In this document: piece after piece, positions 16,479-26,824 of the stretch
Position numbering within the stretch: the stretch's first letter is position 1
Layout of the letters: each line of letters begins with the position of its first letter
NCBI GenBank assembly: GCA_965224085.1
Contig: CBDCYI010000009.1
Location: forward strand, 384,001 to 448,000
From: Candidatus Marinacidobacterales bacterium
GTDB lineage: Bacteria; Acidobacteriota; Vicinamibacteria; Marinacidobacterales; SMYC01
Reading direction: 5' to 3'
Length of the DNA: 64,000 nt
Program-made: the position numbers and the translations under genes
Notes under the pieces: generated by a model
Database searches by the model: none
Told to the model about the DNA's origin: nothing
What the model saw: only the letters and a program-made list of their open reading frames with translations

Positions 16479-17929
16479 TGAACCAGGCCATTCGGAACGT
16501 TGGCCGACATCTGACGGGAGGCCGCCGGATGTATGTTCCCGAGCTAATGCCTTACACCGGGGAGCGGGCGCGAGCGATCCTGAAGGCGCTGGCGGATACG
16601 GAGAGCATATTGAATCAAGGGAGGCGGAACTTGACAGAGCCGGTTCCCGAGCTGGCCGACATTGCACTTCGCCATCCGGGAGGCGGTTACTACACGGAAG
16701 GGGGTGAGCTCGAGCATATCGTTTCCAACTCTCGAAAGTGGGCGGAGCTCACCGCCGAGCATTTTCCCGAGCCCGAGGCTGGCGAGCTCGTCTCCGCTGC
16801 GGTGGAGGCGGCAAAGCATCTGCTCGATTTCGGCAACTGGCTCGAACAGAGCCGCGATCGGATGACCGGTCGGTATTTCCTCGACGAAAGGTTGATCAAC
16901 TGGTACGAGCGGCACGTTCATCTCGTTCCATACACGACCGGCGAGCTCCGGTTGATGGCCGAGATGGAGCGGGCTCGCTCGCTCTCCTACCTCCAGTTCG
17001 AGAAGCACAAGAACAGACACCTGCCGAACATCGCGCCGGCGAAGACTTACGAGGAGTATCTCGCCTGGGATGACGAGACCGGGCTGATGCTTCGGCGCTG
17101 GTACAAGGAGCATGGTGAAGACCTCCTCAGTGACCGGGACTACCTCCGGGAAATTCGTTCTGAAGACGGCCTCTATCTCATGCCTTTCGGTCTCATTGCC
17201 TTCCCCTATGAAGAGAAGCCGGGGGTCGATCGCATTCTCCTCGTGCCGGCGGACCACTGGCGGGCCCGGATGTCCAACATGGGATTCCGAACCGATCCTG
17301 GCGTCCTGCACGGCCATGAGTACTGGCCCGGCCATACCTATGAGGGGGAAATCCACCGGCGGAACCCGTGTCCCGTTCGCCGCGGCCATCGTGACGGCGT
17401 CCACAGCCAGGGTTGGTGCTTCTACCACGAGGAGCTGCCCGTGGCCCTCGACTTTCCCTTCGTGCGGGGACCGCGAGCTCGCGAGCTCCCCTACATCAAC
17501 ATGCTGCAGCGGGCGGAGCGAATCTTGCTGGGGTTGGAGCTTCTCACGGGCAAAATAACAACCGACGAAGCCTTCGTCGCTTTTCAGGAACGGGTTCCCC
17601 CTCTCGCCTCGGGTTTGGGCGCGGCAAGGGAAGAGGCCTTCGAGGAGATGGAAGGAGTCCTGGTGCGCGGGCTGGACCACTGTCAAACGGGCAAGCTACA
17701 GATCTTCAAGCTGCTGGCAGATCGCAAGATGCAACTCAAGGACCAGTTCAATCTCAAGACTTTCCACGATGAGCTCATCACGCTGGGCTCGGTGCCCATT
17801 TCTTTGCTGAGATGGGAGATAGCTGGACTCGACGACGAGGTTCAAAAAGTATGGGAGCCGACGAGACTCTCTGTGGTGTTGCAGGCCCGATCGGCGGACA
17901 ACGCTAACGGCGGCCCTGCCAGCAGGTGA
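16085..17929 (+). CDS. DUF885 family protein, copy 3
   Basis: First ~130 codons near-identical to copy 2, diverged afterwards; HEYWPGH. Confidence 0.85.
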   Translation: MNKLSRVISPGAVILVVGILLVSLPAGLKAQGEAWSPVDVPGPDEHPAELIQLTEEFRAILGWGSGVPDYAGTAGRQKEKLPEFRARLEALDTSDWSVHEKIDYLLLRSEMDRLEFDLYVWRQTSRNPSFYVNQAIRNVGRHLTGGRRMYVPELMPYTGERARAILKALADTESILNQGRRNLTEPVPELADIALRHPGGGYYTEGGELEHIVSNSRKWAELTAEHFPEPEAGELVSAAVEAAKHLLDFGNWLEQSRDRMTGRYFLDERLINWYERHVHLVPYTTGELRLMAEMERARSLSYLQFEKHKNRHLPNIAPAKTYEEYLAWDDETGLMLRRWYKEHGEDLLSDRDYLREIRSEDGLYLMPFGLIAFPYEEKPGVDRILLVPADHWRARMSNMGFRTDPGVLHGHEYWPGHTYEGEIHRRNPCPVRRGHRDGVHSQGWCFYHEELPVALDFPFVRGPRARELPYINMLQRAERILLGLELLTGKITTDEAFVAFQERVPPLASGLGAAREEAFEEMEGVLVRGLDHCQTGKLQIFKLLADRKMQLKDQFNLKTFHDELITLGSVPISLLRWEIAGLDDEVQKVWEPTRLSVVLQARSADNANGGPASR

Positions 17930-18143
17930 AGACAAGCGCGAGCGCGCGATCCAGAGCTGACGGGGCCTGAAAACCCTGGCCAAGACAGAGGTCAACCGGG
18001 CGGCGTCGCGTCGGAGAGCCATGGGGTCCGCCAGCTCACGCTCGTTTCCACCCATGCACGATGCTCACCGAACGACCTTGGAAAAGAACAGGTTAGCCCA
18101 AAACAATCTCGCCACTTCGACGGTCGCCACAAAGTAACAACGC

Positions 18144-20129
18144 ATGACGGGCCAAAGAGACGGAGCTCTCGAGAAAAGCAAGATCCCAGGCACGCAGAAG
18201 GACCTGAAGCCAAGCCAGCAGAGAAAGCTGACCGGCGTTTACGCTCGGGTGGCGTGGACCTGCGCGGTGTCCTTGCCGGTACTGACCCTCTGGTGCGCGT
18301 TCTCCGGCTGGTGGGACGCCATGACCCGGAGCGCCGGCCACCTCATGATCGCCGTCCCGCTCGTTTATCTGTACTACCCCGCGAGAAAACGCAGCTTTGA
18401 TCGGGTCACTGCCGTCGACGTCTTCCTTGCCGCTCTCAGTTTTGTGGCTTTTGGTTGGATCGTCGTCAGCCAAAACAGGCTGATGTGGCGTCTCGTCTAC
18501 GTGGATCCTCTCACTTGGCCCGACTTCATACTGGGAATCGCGGCGATCGTAGTGGTGCTCGAAGCGACACGACGAATTATCGGTTGGGCTCTCGTGATCA
18601 CGGCGCTCGTGTTTCTGTTCTACGCTCTCGCCGGCCCCATCATGCCGGGAGTGCTCCAACACCAAGGGGTGCGCCTGTCGCTGCTGATCGACCATCTCTA
18701 CATGGTACCGGAAGGATTGTTCAACATCCTCATGGGCATCATGGCGACCTATTTGTTTACCTTTCTTACTTTCGCGAGCCTTTTGCAAGTAGCAGGCGGA
18801 ACCCGCATCGTGATGGACTTGGCGGTAGCTCTAGGAGGCAGTTTCGTGGGCGGGCCGGCCAAGGTGGCGGTGGTGAGCAGCGCAATGATGGGCATGGTGT
18901 CGGGAAGCACTAGTGCCAACGCGGTGACCACCGGCTCGATCACCATCCCGCTGATGAAACGTCATGGATTCCGCCCGGTGGAGGCGGGGGCGGTCGAGAC
19001 CGCCTCCGGCGTCGGCGGTGCCCTGATGCCTCCCATCATGGGTGCGGGCGTGTTCATCATGTCGGAGCTCACCGGTATTCCTCTTCTTACTATCCTCTTG
19101 TACTCGATCCTTCCCGCCATACTCTATTTTGGCAGTGTCTTTGCCTATGTCCACATCAAAGCCGCCAAGCGGGGCTTGGCAGGCTCCGATTCCGCGGCAG
19201 CGATCACGGTAACATCCGCGCTCAAACAAGGCGCGCATCTGATCGTTCCTCTGGGGCTTTTGGTATGGATGCTGGTGGCGGGCTACACCCCCTTCTACGC
19301 TTCCTCGGTGAGTGTCTTGGCACTGATAGCTATCAGTTTCCTTCGCGAAGATACTCGGCTCACTCCCACTCGTCTAGCTAAGGGCTTCGAGCTTACCACC
19401 CGAGGTGCCTTCATTCTTTCAGTCATGTCGGCCGTCGCCGCCACGGTGATGGGCGTCATAACCAGCACGGGATTGATGTTGAAGATCACCTCCATCACCC
19501 TGGCTTTCTCCAATGGGTCGCTACTGATCGGGACCCTTCTCGTGGCCTTCATCTCCTTCATCATCGGCATGGGCCTTCCGGTAACGATGGGTTACATCCT
19601 CATTTCGACCCTGGCTGCTCCGGCACTGAGCGATCTGGGCGCCTCCTTACTGGTTGCTCATCTAGTGATCTTCTGGTTCTCACAAGTGGCTACCATCACG
19701 CCTCCCCTGTGCAACACCGCTTTTGTTGCTGCGGCGATCGCCCGCGCTCCGCCCATGCGCACCGGGTGGGAAGCGCTTCGGGTCGCCAAAGCGCTCTACG
19801 TGATACCGTTCATGCTTGTGTACTCGCACCTGATCACCGGCAGTATTGCCTCGATTCTCTACGACTTTGTGGCGGCATTTCTAGCCCTAGGACTCCTGCC
19901 GTCCATAGAAATGGGCTACCTTCACGGTCCTCTCTCAATGCCGGCGAGGACGACACTGGCGGCGGCAGCAGCCATGTCTCTCGTCGCCTGCTTCGCGCCG
20001 ACGATGGCGGCTAGCGCCCCATGGATGATCGGAGGTCTGCTGCTTTCTGTAGGAGTTTTTATCTATCAACACCGCGTGGGAACGGTCGCTGCCATGGACG
20101 CGGCCGCGGATTCTTACCCGGATCGTTGA
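18144..20129 (+). CDS. TRAP transporter fused permease (TAXI type, 4TM/12TM)
   Basis: LEATRR..GW, GGPAKVAVVSS..MG..SGS..ANAVTTGSITIPLMK, MPPIMGAG, GMGLP, ITPP. Confidence 0.95.
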   Translation: MTGQRDGALEKSKIPGTQKDLKPSQQRKLTGVYARVAWTCAVSLPVLTLWCAFSGWWDAMTRSAGHLMIAVPLVYLYYPARKRSFDRVTAVDVFLAALSFVAFGWIVVSQNRLMWRLVYVDPLTWPDFILGIAAIVVVLEATRRIIGWALVITALVFLFYALAGPIMPGVLQHQGVRLSLLIDHLYMVPEGLFNILMGIMATYLFTFLTFASLLQVAGGTRIVMDLAVALGGSFVGGPAKVAVVSSAMMGMVSGSTSANAVTTGSITIPLMKRHGFRPVEAGAVETASGVGGALMPPIMGAGVFIMSELTGIPLLTILLYSILPAILYFGSVFAYVHIKAAKRGLAGSDSAAAITVTSALKQGAHLIVPLGLLVWMLVAGYTPFYASSVSVLALIAISFLREDTRLTPTRLAKGFELTTRGAFILSVMSAVAATVMGVITSTGLMLKITSITLAFSNGSLLIGTLLVAFISFIIGMGLPVTMGYILISTLAAPALSDLGASLLVAHLVIFWFSQVATITPPLCNTAFVAAAIARAPPMRTGWEALRVAKALYVIPFMLVYSHLITGSIASILYDFVAAFLALGLLPSIEMGYLHGPLSMPARTTLAAAAAMSLVACFAPTMAASAPWMIGGLLLSVGVFIYQHRVGTVAAMDAAADSYPDR

Positions 20130-20153
20130 CATGAAACCAACGTAGGAGCAAAG

Positions 20154-21454
20154 ATGTCCAAGCCCAGGCGAAGTATCTGCGTGTTGACTCTCATGGCCGT
20201 GTGGATCATGACCGGCGCGGCGAGCGGGAGCCCCTCTCAGCCGGACGCGACGTTGGACGATGTGCTGAATCACATCACCAAAGACCAGGTCATCGAGTTG
20301 ACGCGCTCGCTCATCAAGATCCTCAGCGACTACAGTGAAGGTACCGCTGCCAATCATAACGAGATAGCCGACTACCTGGCCGAAAGGCTCAGGGGTATGG
20401 ATGTGAAGATCCTCGAACCGGAGCCTCATTACCCGATCGTCATAGGTCGGTTGAAGGGCTCTACGGGCAAGCCGGTGCTGGGGGTCATGGGGCACTACAA
20501 TACGGTTCCGGTGGGTGATCGGGAGCGCTGGACTTTCGATCCCTTTGAGGGCGTGATCAAAGGCAACAAACTGTATGGTCGGGGCGCCGCCGATCAAAAA
20601 GGCGGCATTGCCGCGGTGCTCGTGGCCACCCAGGCGATTCTCGATGCCGGTGTCCCGCTTCGGGGAGACCTGGTCCATGCCTATATACCCGGCGAAGGCG
20701 CCCAGGATCACGTGCTTCCCCACGTCGTAGACAATCAACCCGAGCTCATCAAGACCGATTGGTACCTGGACACCGACGGTGGGCCCGATATCATTCAGAT
20801 CGCAGCGGGGCACATCTGGCTCAAGATGACCGTCGAGGGCAAGTCGGCTCACCCCGGAGGCAGCCAACCTTGGGTGAATGCAGCCCTACAAGCTAGCCAA
20901 GGTGCTGATCGCCATCGAGGATATCGATAGCTGTGACGTACGAGCAGCATCCCCTTTTTACCAGCTTGGAGGGCAAACCTCGCGTCCAAGTCGGAACTCT
21001 GAACGCGGGCACGGCGGTCAACCAAATCCCCGACGTCGCGGAAGCGCAGATTGACATCCGTCTCAATCCGAAACAGACCGTAGAGGGCGTGATGGGCGAG
21101 CTCAATGGCGTTCTCGATAGACTGAAAAAGGAAGACCCCGAGCTCGAATTGACCCTCGAGAAGCTACCGGGAACGCAGCACGTTCCTTACCACCACTGGG
21201 CAGCCATCACCCCGGACGAGCCGCTGGTCAAGGTGATCCGTGAGATCGCGGCCGCACGAATGGGACGCGAGCCCGGCTTTCGGGGGAGTCGGGGCGGCGG
21301 CCGACCTGACCTATGGCGTATTGGCACCAAATGGATCAGCTGGAGCGCCAACGTGGGTGAGAACGAACATGCGCCGGACGAGTGGGTCGACATCGACGCG
21401 CTGTATCGCTCCGCTCAGATCTACGCCGAGATTATCTTGAGAATGGTGCAGTGA
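20154..21454 (+). pseudogene. M20/ArgE-DapE family metallohydrolase with signal peptide, frameshifted near 20886-20932
   Basis: GHYNTVP, DPF.G....KLYGRGAADQKGG, GKSAH, NQIPD...DIR, HAPDEWV; a middle frame reads YKLAKVLIAIEDIDS. Confidence 0.8.
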
Positions 21455-21455
21455 A

Positions 21456-22613
21456 GTGAGTCCGACTGCCCCAAAGCCGCCACGGGACGTACCTGCTGAC
21501 GTGCACATTCGCAGCGTCTCGGTAACGCCCTATCGTATCCCGTACCGTCGCGTTCACTGGCAAGCCATAGGATCTCTGAATGCCATGGAGAACGTACTCA
21601 TCCGCATCGAGACCGACGTCGGTGTCACCGGAATCGGGGAGGCTCTCTCAACCAACAAATTCAATTCGAACACCCTCATGGGTACGGCGGTTGCGATCCG
21701 CGACTGCCTGGGCCCGGCGATTGTCGGCGAGAACCCGTTCAATGTCGCAGACATATGGGAGCGCATGAATCGTGCCCGGATCGGAGAGCTCTTCGCCAAG
21801 GGCGGGATAGACATGGCGCTTTACGACCTAATGGGCAAGCTCCTGGGTGTTCCGGTGTGGGTGCTTCTGGGTGGTAGCGTAGTCGATTCAATCGACGTCG
21901 AAGGACCCGGGTATGGGATCGGCATCATGTCCCCGGAGGAAATGGCGGAAGCGGCGCGTCGTGCCGTCGACCATGGCCTCCACCAAATCGAGATCAAGAT
22001 CTCCGGAAATTTTCAGGATGACGTAGAGCGCCTTCGAAAGGTGAGACAAGCGATCGGCCCGGGACCTTCTTTGAAAATCGATATGACCGAGGGGTACTCC
22101 GTAAAAGAGGCCATTCGAGCTATCCGTGCTCTCGAGGAACATGGGGTCGATTGGATCGAACAGCCGGTTCATCACACGCTTCTAGATGGGCTGAGGGAGA
22201 TACGGCAATCCGTCACCGCGCCCATCGTCGTGGATGAAAGCGCCACGACTCTCGAGGACCTCCTGGCGGTGATTCGAGCCGGAGCTGCCGACGGAGTCCA
22301 CATCAAACTGCCGGTGGTGGGCGGCTTCACCATGGCCCAAAAGATGCTCGCCTTGACCGAGGCCGCCCAACTAAAGGCGCTTCCGGGAAGCGACACCGCC
22401 TCGGGAATCGGCATCGCCGCGGTCAGACACTTCGCCGCATCATCGCCATTGTTTTGTCGCGGTATTCATGGCTCGCCCCTCGCTCGGACGACGCACGACC
22501 TGGTCCGGGATCCGATTCCGGAAAGCGCCACCAAGCTGAGCGTGCCCAAAGACTCGGGGCTTGGGGTGGAGCTGGACGAAGAAAAGCTCGAAAGGTTTTC
22601 GGTCACGTTCTAA
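21456..22613 (+). CDS. Mandelate racemase/muconate lactonising enzyme family protein
   Basis: IETDVGVTGIGE, IDMALYDLMGK, EQP, DES, IK..VGG, GLGVELDEE. Confidence 0.92.
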   Translation: MSPTAPKPPRDVPADVHIRSVSVTPYRIPYRRVHWQAIGSLNAMENVLIRIETDVGVTGIGEALSTNKFNSNTLMGTAVAIRDCLGPAIVGENPFNVADIWERMNRARIGELFAKGGIDMALYDLMGKLLGVPVWVLLGGSVVDSIDVEGPGYGIGIMSPEEMAEAARRAVDHGLHQIEIKISGNFQDDVERLRKVRQAIGPGPSLKIDMTEGYSVKEAIRAIRALEEHGVDWIEQPVHHTLLDGLREIRQSVTAPIVVDESATTLEDLLAVIRAGAADGVHIKLPVVGGFTMAQKMLALTEAAQLKALPGSDTASGIGIAAVRHFAASSPLFCRGIHGSPLARTTHDLVRDPIPESATKLSVPKDSGLGVELDEEKLERFSVTF

Positions 22614-22619
22614 TACGCT

Positions 22620-23636
22620 ATGCACAACCTTTTGCTCTCCCTTCTAGCCGCTATTGGCATCTTGGCCTTAGCGTGCGACCAAGCGACTCGAGACGGGAAA
22701 CCCCCGCCACCTCGCACCAACATCATCACCGGGAGTACCGGAAGCACCTGGTATACCATCGGTTCCGGCCTGGCGGAAAAAGCCAACCTTTCTTTTGATG
22801 GACACCCGATTACCGCCGTTCCCGGCGCCGGTGGTGTGTCCAACCCGGTCCGCGTTTCAATGACCGGCATGGATCTCGGCATCTCCTACGGTCCGTTCCT
22901 TCAAGGGGCCTACCGTGGGGAGCCCCCTTTTCGTGAGGCCTATCCCGAGCTCCGTTTGGTGGCCAAACTGATCGTGAACACATTGCACCTCTTCGCCAAC
23001 CCAAAGCTGAACCTTGAGACGGCTGCCGACATAAAGACATTGGATGGAAGTGCGAGGATCGGTAGCGGATTGCCGGGGTCGGGTGAGCTTTTCTGCTTGA
23101 GAGCCGTTTTGAGCGTGCTCGGCGCCGACTTAGAGGAGTGGCAGGTCGACGGCCCGGTGCTGAGGCTGGCGGCGACTAGTCAGAGGTTCAACGATTGGAA
23201 AGATGGGCGTCTCGAGCTTGCCATGACTTTCGTGAACGATCCCTCCCCGCCTCTGACCGAGCTCATGTTCACGCGGCCCGGACGGTTTCTAGCCATGCCG
23301 GAAGAGCTTCTCCCTGTCCTTCGACAGCGGTGGGGTTTCGTCGAAATCCTGGTGCCGGCTGGCGCCTACCCAAACCAGGAGCACGAGGTAAGGACAGTTG
23401 GCTTACCCAGCATTCTTTTTACCGTCAAGGATGTGGATGACGAAATCGTATACGCCGCAACGAAAGCGCTCTACGAGAACCAAGCTTATATGAAGAAAGT
23501 ACACCCGGGATTCGAGCACTGGGAGCCTGCTGATTTGCCCGCGGACGTTGAGGTTCCCTTCCATGCTGGTGCGATTCAGTACTACCAGGAGCGGGGCTTA
23601 ATGGATATCGACCCGCAAAATCTCGAGGAAAACTAG
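22620..23636 (+). CDS. TAXI family TRAP solute-binding lipoprotein
   Basis: Lipobox LALAC, TGSTGSTWY..G, GGVSN, GSG, VPAGAYP, VPFHAGAIQYYQERG. Confidence 0.92.
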   Translation: MHNLLLSLLAAIGILALACDQATRDGKPPPPRTNIITGSTGSTWYTIGSGLAEKANLSFDGHPITAVPGAGGVSNPVRVSMTGMDLGISYGPFLQGAYRGEPPFREAYPELRLVAKLIVNTLHLFANPKLNLETAADIKTLDGSARIGSGLPGSGELFCLRAVLSVLGADLEEWQVDGPVLRLAATSQRFNDWKDGRLELAMTFVNDPSPPLTELMFTRPGRFLAMPEELLPVLRQRWGFVEILVPAGAYPNQEHEVRTVGLPSILFTVKDVDDEIVYAATKALYENQAYMKKVHPGFEHWEPADLPADVEVPFHAGAIQYYQERGLMDIDPQNLEEN

Positions 23637-23821
23637 TGTTTCTCGCGATCCATGACGCCGCCATGGGCAAAGAGCTTAGGGTCGAACTCATCGAACCTGA
23701 CGGTAACACTGCTTGGGCTGACTTTGGCCACGGCGACGACGGCTTCTGTAATACGTCTCGCCAACTCTCGCCTCTGCTCGTCAGAGCGCGTGTTGAACCA
23801 CTCAACCCTGATTCGTGGCAT
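23633..23821 (-). CDS. 4-oxalocrotonate tautomerase family protein
   Basis: 62 aa, N-terminal Pro, RSDEQRRELARRITEAVV, C-terminal AHGG; RBS GGAGGAG. Confidence 0.85.
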   Translation of the reverse strand: MPRIRVEWFNTRSDEQRRELARRITEAVVAVAKVSPSSVTVRFDEFDPKLFAHGGVMDREKH

Positions 23822-23904
23822 CGCTCCTCCCCCCTGGTGTCCAAGCGGTTCAGGGTAGCACGACTATGATTTCTTGCACAAGAGATCTCTTGAGGAGGCA
23901 AACC

Positions 23905-24699
23905 ATGGAAATTTATCCATTCAAGGTACGATTCATCCTATTGGCAGTGGCTGGGTGCGCGCTTGTGGGGTCCGACCCGGCTCGGGCTCAGTGCCGGAAC
24001 GGGGCGTGGAAAGTCGAAAAGAAAAATCTAAGCAGCGGCTCGGTCAACCCGGGAGAGAGATTGGATATTTTCTACGGCTCGTACTGGGCGCACCTAGGGC
24101 TTTCCGGCGAAGCGCGTATCTCAGAGCTTCGCTTCGTCGAAGAACCAGGTAAGTTCAAGCTGGTACATAGTTGGCATCCGGAGCGCGTGGGCGAAGTCCG
24201 GGATCGAAGCACTGGATGGGAGGAGACTTGCAAAGGCAATCGGATGGTGCAGACCAGCCTTCAAGAGCCAATGGAAGGAGGCAGAGACAAAGTCCAATAC
24301 GTTTATACACGACTGCCAACTCGACCGAGCAGTCTCGACGGCGTCTGGAAAGTGCAAATCGAGAACAAGAGCAGTCAATCACGGCTGCACAACGAGATCA
24401 CCGTGATTCGCTTTGGAAACCACGTGGCTTGGTTCCACCAACCCGAGGGGGAGGCGCTCACATCGGCTCTCGTCCAATTGGTCTCGGCGAACAAATGGAA
24501 GGTTCTGCTCAGCACCCAAGAGACAGATGTAAATAGCACCGTAGATCTCTCCATCGACCGTGGCGAAGAACATCGAGCCTCAGCACGGATCATTCAGTGG
24601 ACCGCAGCCAGTGATTTTCAGCTGGGGATGTTTACGATCAAGAAAGGAGATCGCGTCTCAGCCACGTGCTCGCCAGTGGACGATGAGGCCCAAGAGTGA
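23905..24699 (+). CDS. Hypothetical exported protein with two internal beta-rich repeats
   Basis: RBS GAGGAGG, signal peptide ending ARA; repeats start NGAWKV and DGVWKV. Confidence 0.7.
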   Translation: MEIYPFKVRFILLAVAGCALVGSDPARAQCRNGAWKVEKKNLSSGSVNPGERLDIFYGSYWAHLGLSGEARISELRFVEEPGKFKLVHSWHPERVGEVRDRSTGWEETCKGNRMVQTSLQEPMEGGRDKVQYVYTRLPTRPSSLDGVWKVQIENKSSQSRLHNEITVIRFGNHVAWFHQPEGEALTSALVQLVSANKWKVLLSTQETDVNSTVDLSIDRGEEHRASARIIQWTAASDFQLGMFTIKKGDRVSATCSPVDDEAQE

Positions 24700-24821
24700 A
24701 ATCCGCTCTCAGCCCTTTACGGAAACGCGGCGCATGAACGCCTTCATGCGCTTAGCCGCTCCCTTCCCCGCGGAAGTTTGGCACACTTCTTTATTTCTCT
24801 GTAAACGAGAGGAGGAATGAA

Positions 24822-25577
24822 ATGAGATTTTTTCTTAGTGGGTCTTTTACCCTAACTGCTGTGCTTTTCTGCTTCCACTTGTTGAAAGCACAGGACGAAA
24901 CCACGAACCCGAACGGCGTTTTCCGATACGACATCAAGAATCTGACCACGGGAAAAGTGGAGGTGGAAAACGCAAAGTCGATTGTCTACGGTCGCTACCG
25001 TGCCTACTTCGGGCACGGTCCCGCCGGCCTGTATCATCAAAAAGCTCCACACAAGGATTTTCGGTTGATGCATACGAGCCCGGAACAGGTAGGACAACCT
25101 CTGGACATGTCCCGGGACTATAAAGAAAGATGGGAGGGACATGGAAAGCTGATAATCACTCACACGGGCATCGCGGGCAGGCGTGAAGGTCAAAGTATTC
25201 AGCGAACCTTGAGACGCATTCCGTCCCTATCTAGCGAAATCGACGGTGCGTGGCGAGTCGAGGTCAAAGACCTGACGGAACCGTCCGTAAAAGCAGGGGA
25301 GCACGTGGTGGTGAGAATGGGCGAATACGCGGGATTTTTTGTGCAAAACGAGGGTGCTCCTCTACATGCCATATATGCAGAGGAGGTCTCGCCCAACAAA
25401 TACCGCGTACTGTTCAGCACGCAAAGTGAAGAATCAGGAAGTTACCTGAACTTCTCAAAGGAGTATGACGGCCACTGGAGTGACCATAGATGGGTAGAGA
25501 ACTTCGTTGCCGCAGGTACTTTTCTTGGTCACCCGGGACACAGGATCCAACGCACTTACTCCCGTATGCCGAATTGA
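24822..25577 (+). CDS. Hypothetical exported protein, paralogue of 23905-24699
   Basis: RBS GAGGAGG, signal peptide ending LKA; repeats start NGVFRY and DGAWRV and end RRIP / SRMP. Confidence 0.75.
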   Translation: MRFFLSGSFTLTAVLFCFHLLKAQDETTNPNGVFRYDIKNLTTGKVEVENAKSIVYGRYRAYFGHGPAGLYHQKAPHKDFRLMHTSPEQVGQPLDMSRDYKERWEGHGKLIITHTGIAGRREGQSIQRTLRRIPSLSSEIDGAWRVEVKDLTEPSVKAGEHVVVRMGEYAGFFVQNEGAPLHAIYAEEVSPNKYRVLFSTQSEESGSYLNFSKEYDGHWSDHRWVENFVAAGTFLGHPGHRIQRTYSRMPN

Positions 25578-25796
25578 GATGGCTTTTGCTCTTGTTCTGT
25601 TTCATCCGCATTCGTAGTGAGGTAGACATACGAAGGTCCTTTCGTGGGATTTCGTGTTCGTTTTGCAAACCCACGTTAACCCGGTGACCAGCACTCGCGG
25701 GAACCTGGCGACGACCCGCCCCAAGCTCCGCACAATAGAGAAACCGATGAGACGCGCTATTCTGCTAGCTATCTTCGCCTAGTAAAGATCGGGCGT

Positions 25797-26824
25797 TTGC
25801 CCGTAAGAGACACCGACGAGAGGCGATCAGTGAAGGTACAATCGCTGCTCCAGACTGGAGGCCATCATGAAGCTCCGGTATTCATCGAACCCTTCGCCGT
25901 CACCCTTGTCCTTGGCGGGTGCTTGCTCGTCACCATGAGCGTCGAGGCGCAAGAGGCGACAACGTCGGCAGAGTACGACTACACCCGAGATGCGGAACTG
26001 GCGTCGCGGCTCGATCTCGACAACCCGGATCCGGACGAGATTCGGCGCATCTTCGCGCGTCGGCGGGCACGCGTGCTCCACGCCATTCCCGACGGAGCGA
26101 TGCTCGTGTTCTCCGCCGAACGATCCCAGCCGAGGCGGCTCGAGTTTCAGGTGCCCCACAGCGAGAATCACGACTTCATCTTCCTGACTGACGTCGAAGG
26201 ACTCGACAGCTACGACTCGGCGATTCTCCTCGTTCCCACCGAGGAGAAGGACTGGGTGGTTCTGTACACGTCGGCCGATGTCGAAGCCATGCGGTCGGTC
26301 ATTGGCATCGAGGAGGTTCGCCCTTTTCCGGAGCTCGAAGAAGACCTCTCGGTGGCGCTCACCGACTACCGCGACTGGCGCATCACCCAGATCCGCCGGT
26401 GGCCGCTTCCCGCCGCGCTCTCGAAGACCTGGAGTCGTGACGGCACGGTCCTCTATCTCAACTATCCGCGCTTCCTGCGACTGGGGATGCCCGCGGCTCG
26501 CGTACTTCGAGAGGCTGAAGCGATTCTCGCCCGAGCTCGACATTCGCGATTCGGGCGACATCCTGGACGCGGTCCGGATGCTCCACGACGCCTACGGCCT
26601 CGCCTCGCTCCGGCGCGCGGTGGCGATCACCGGGAAAGGGATCGTCGAGGGTTTGCGGGCGATGCGCCCCGGCCTTACCGAAAAGCACGTCATGGAGATC
26701 ATGGACTTCGTCTACCGGTATCGGGGAGGGATCCTGGGATTCCCGACCGCGGTCCGAAAAATGCCGATGGCCGGTCCGAAGCACCGCCGGGCGGTTCCCG
26801 ATGGCTTCATCCAGTTCGTTCCCC
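25797..26824 (+). pseudogene. Aminopeptidase P (M24) family, N-terminal part; frameshifted near 26490 and truncated by an IS fragment
   Basis: FARRRARV...DFIFLTDVE AMP_N-like region, then LRRAVAITGKGI....MRPGLTE; ends at the ISAzo13 relic. Confidence 0.7.

Noticed and set aside
8540-17929. Diversity-generating retroelement (RTs next to near-identical variable genes)
   Set aside because: Both RTs sit in complete group II intron RNAs with domains V and VI. DUF885 differences are not adenine-restricted, are spread along the gene, and no template repeat or avd gene is visible.
24778-24798. Sigma54-like TTGGCACA upstream of the 24822 gene
   Set aside because: It lacks GC at the -12 position (reads TA).
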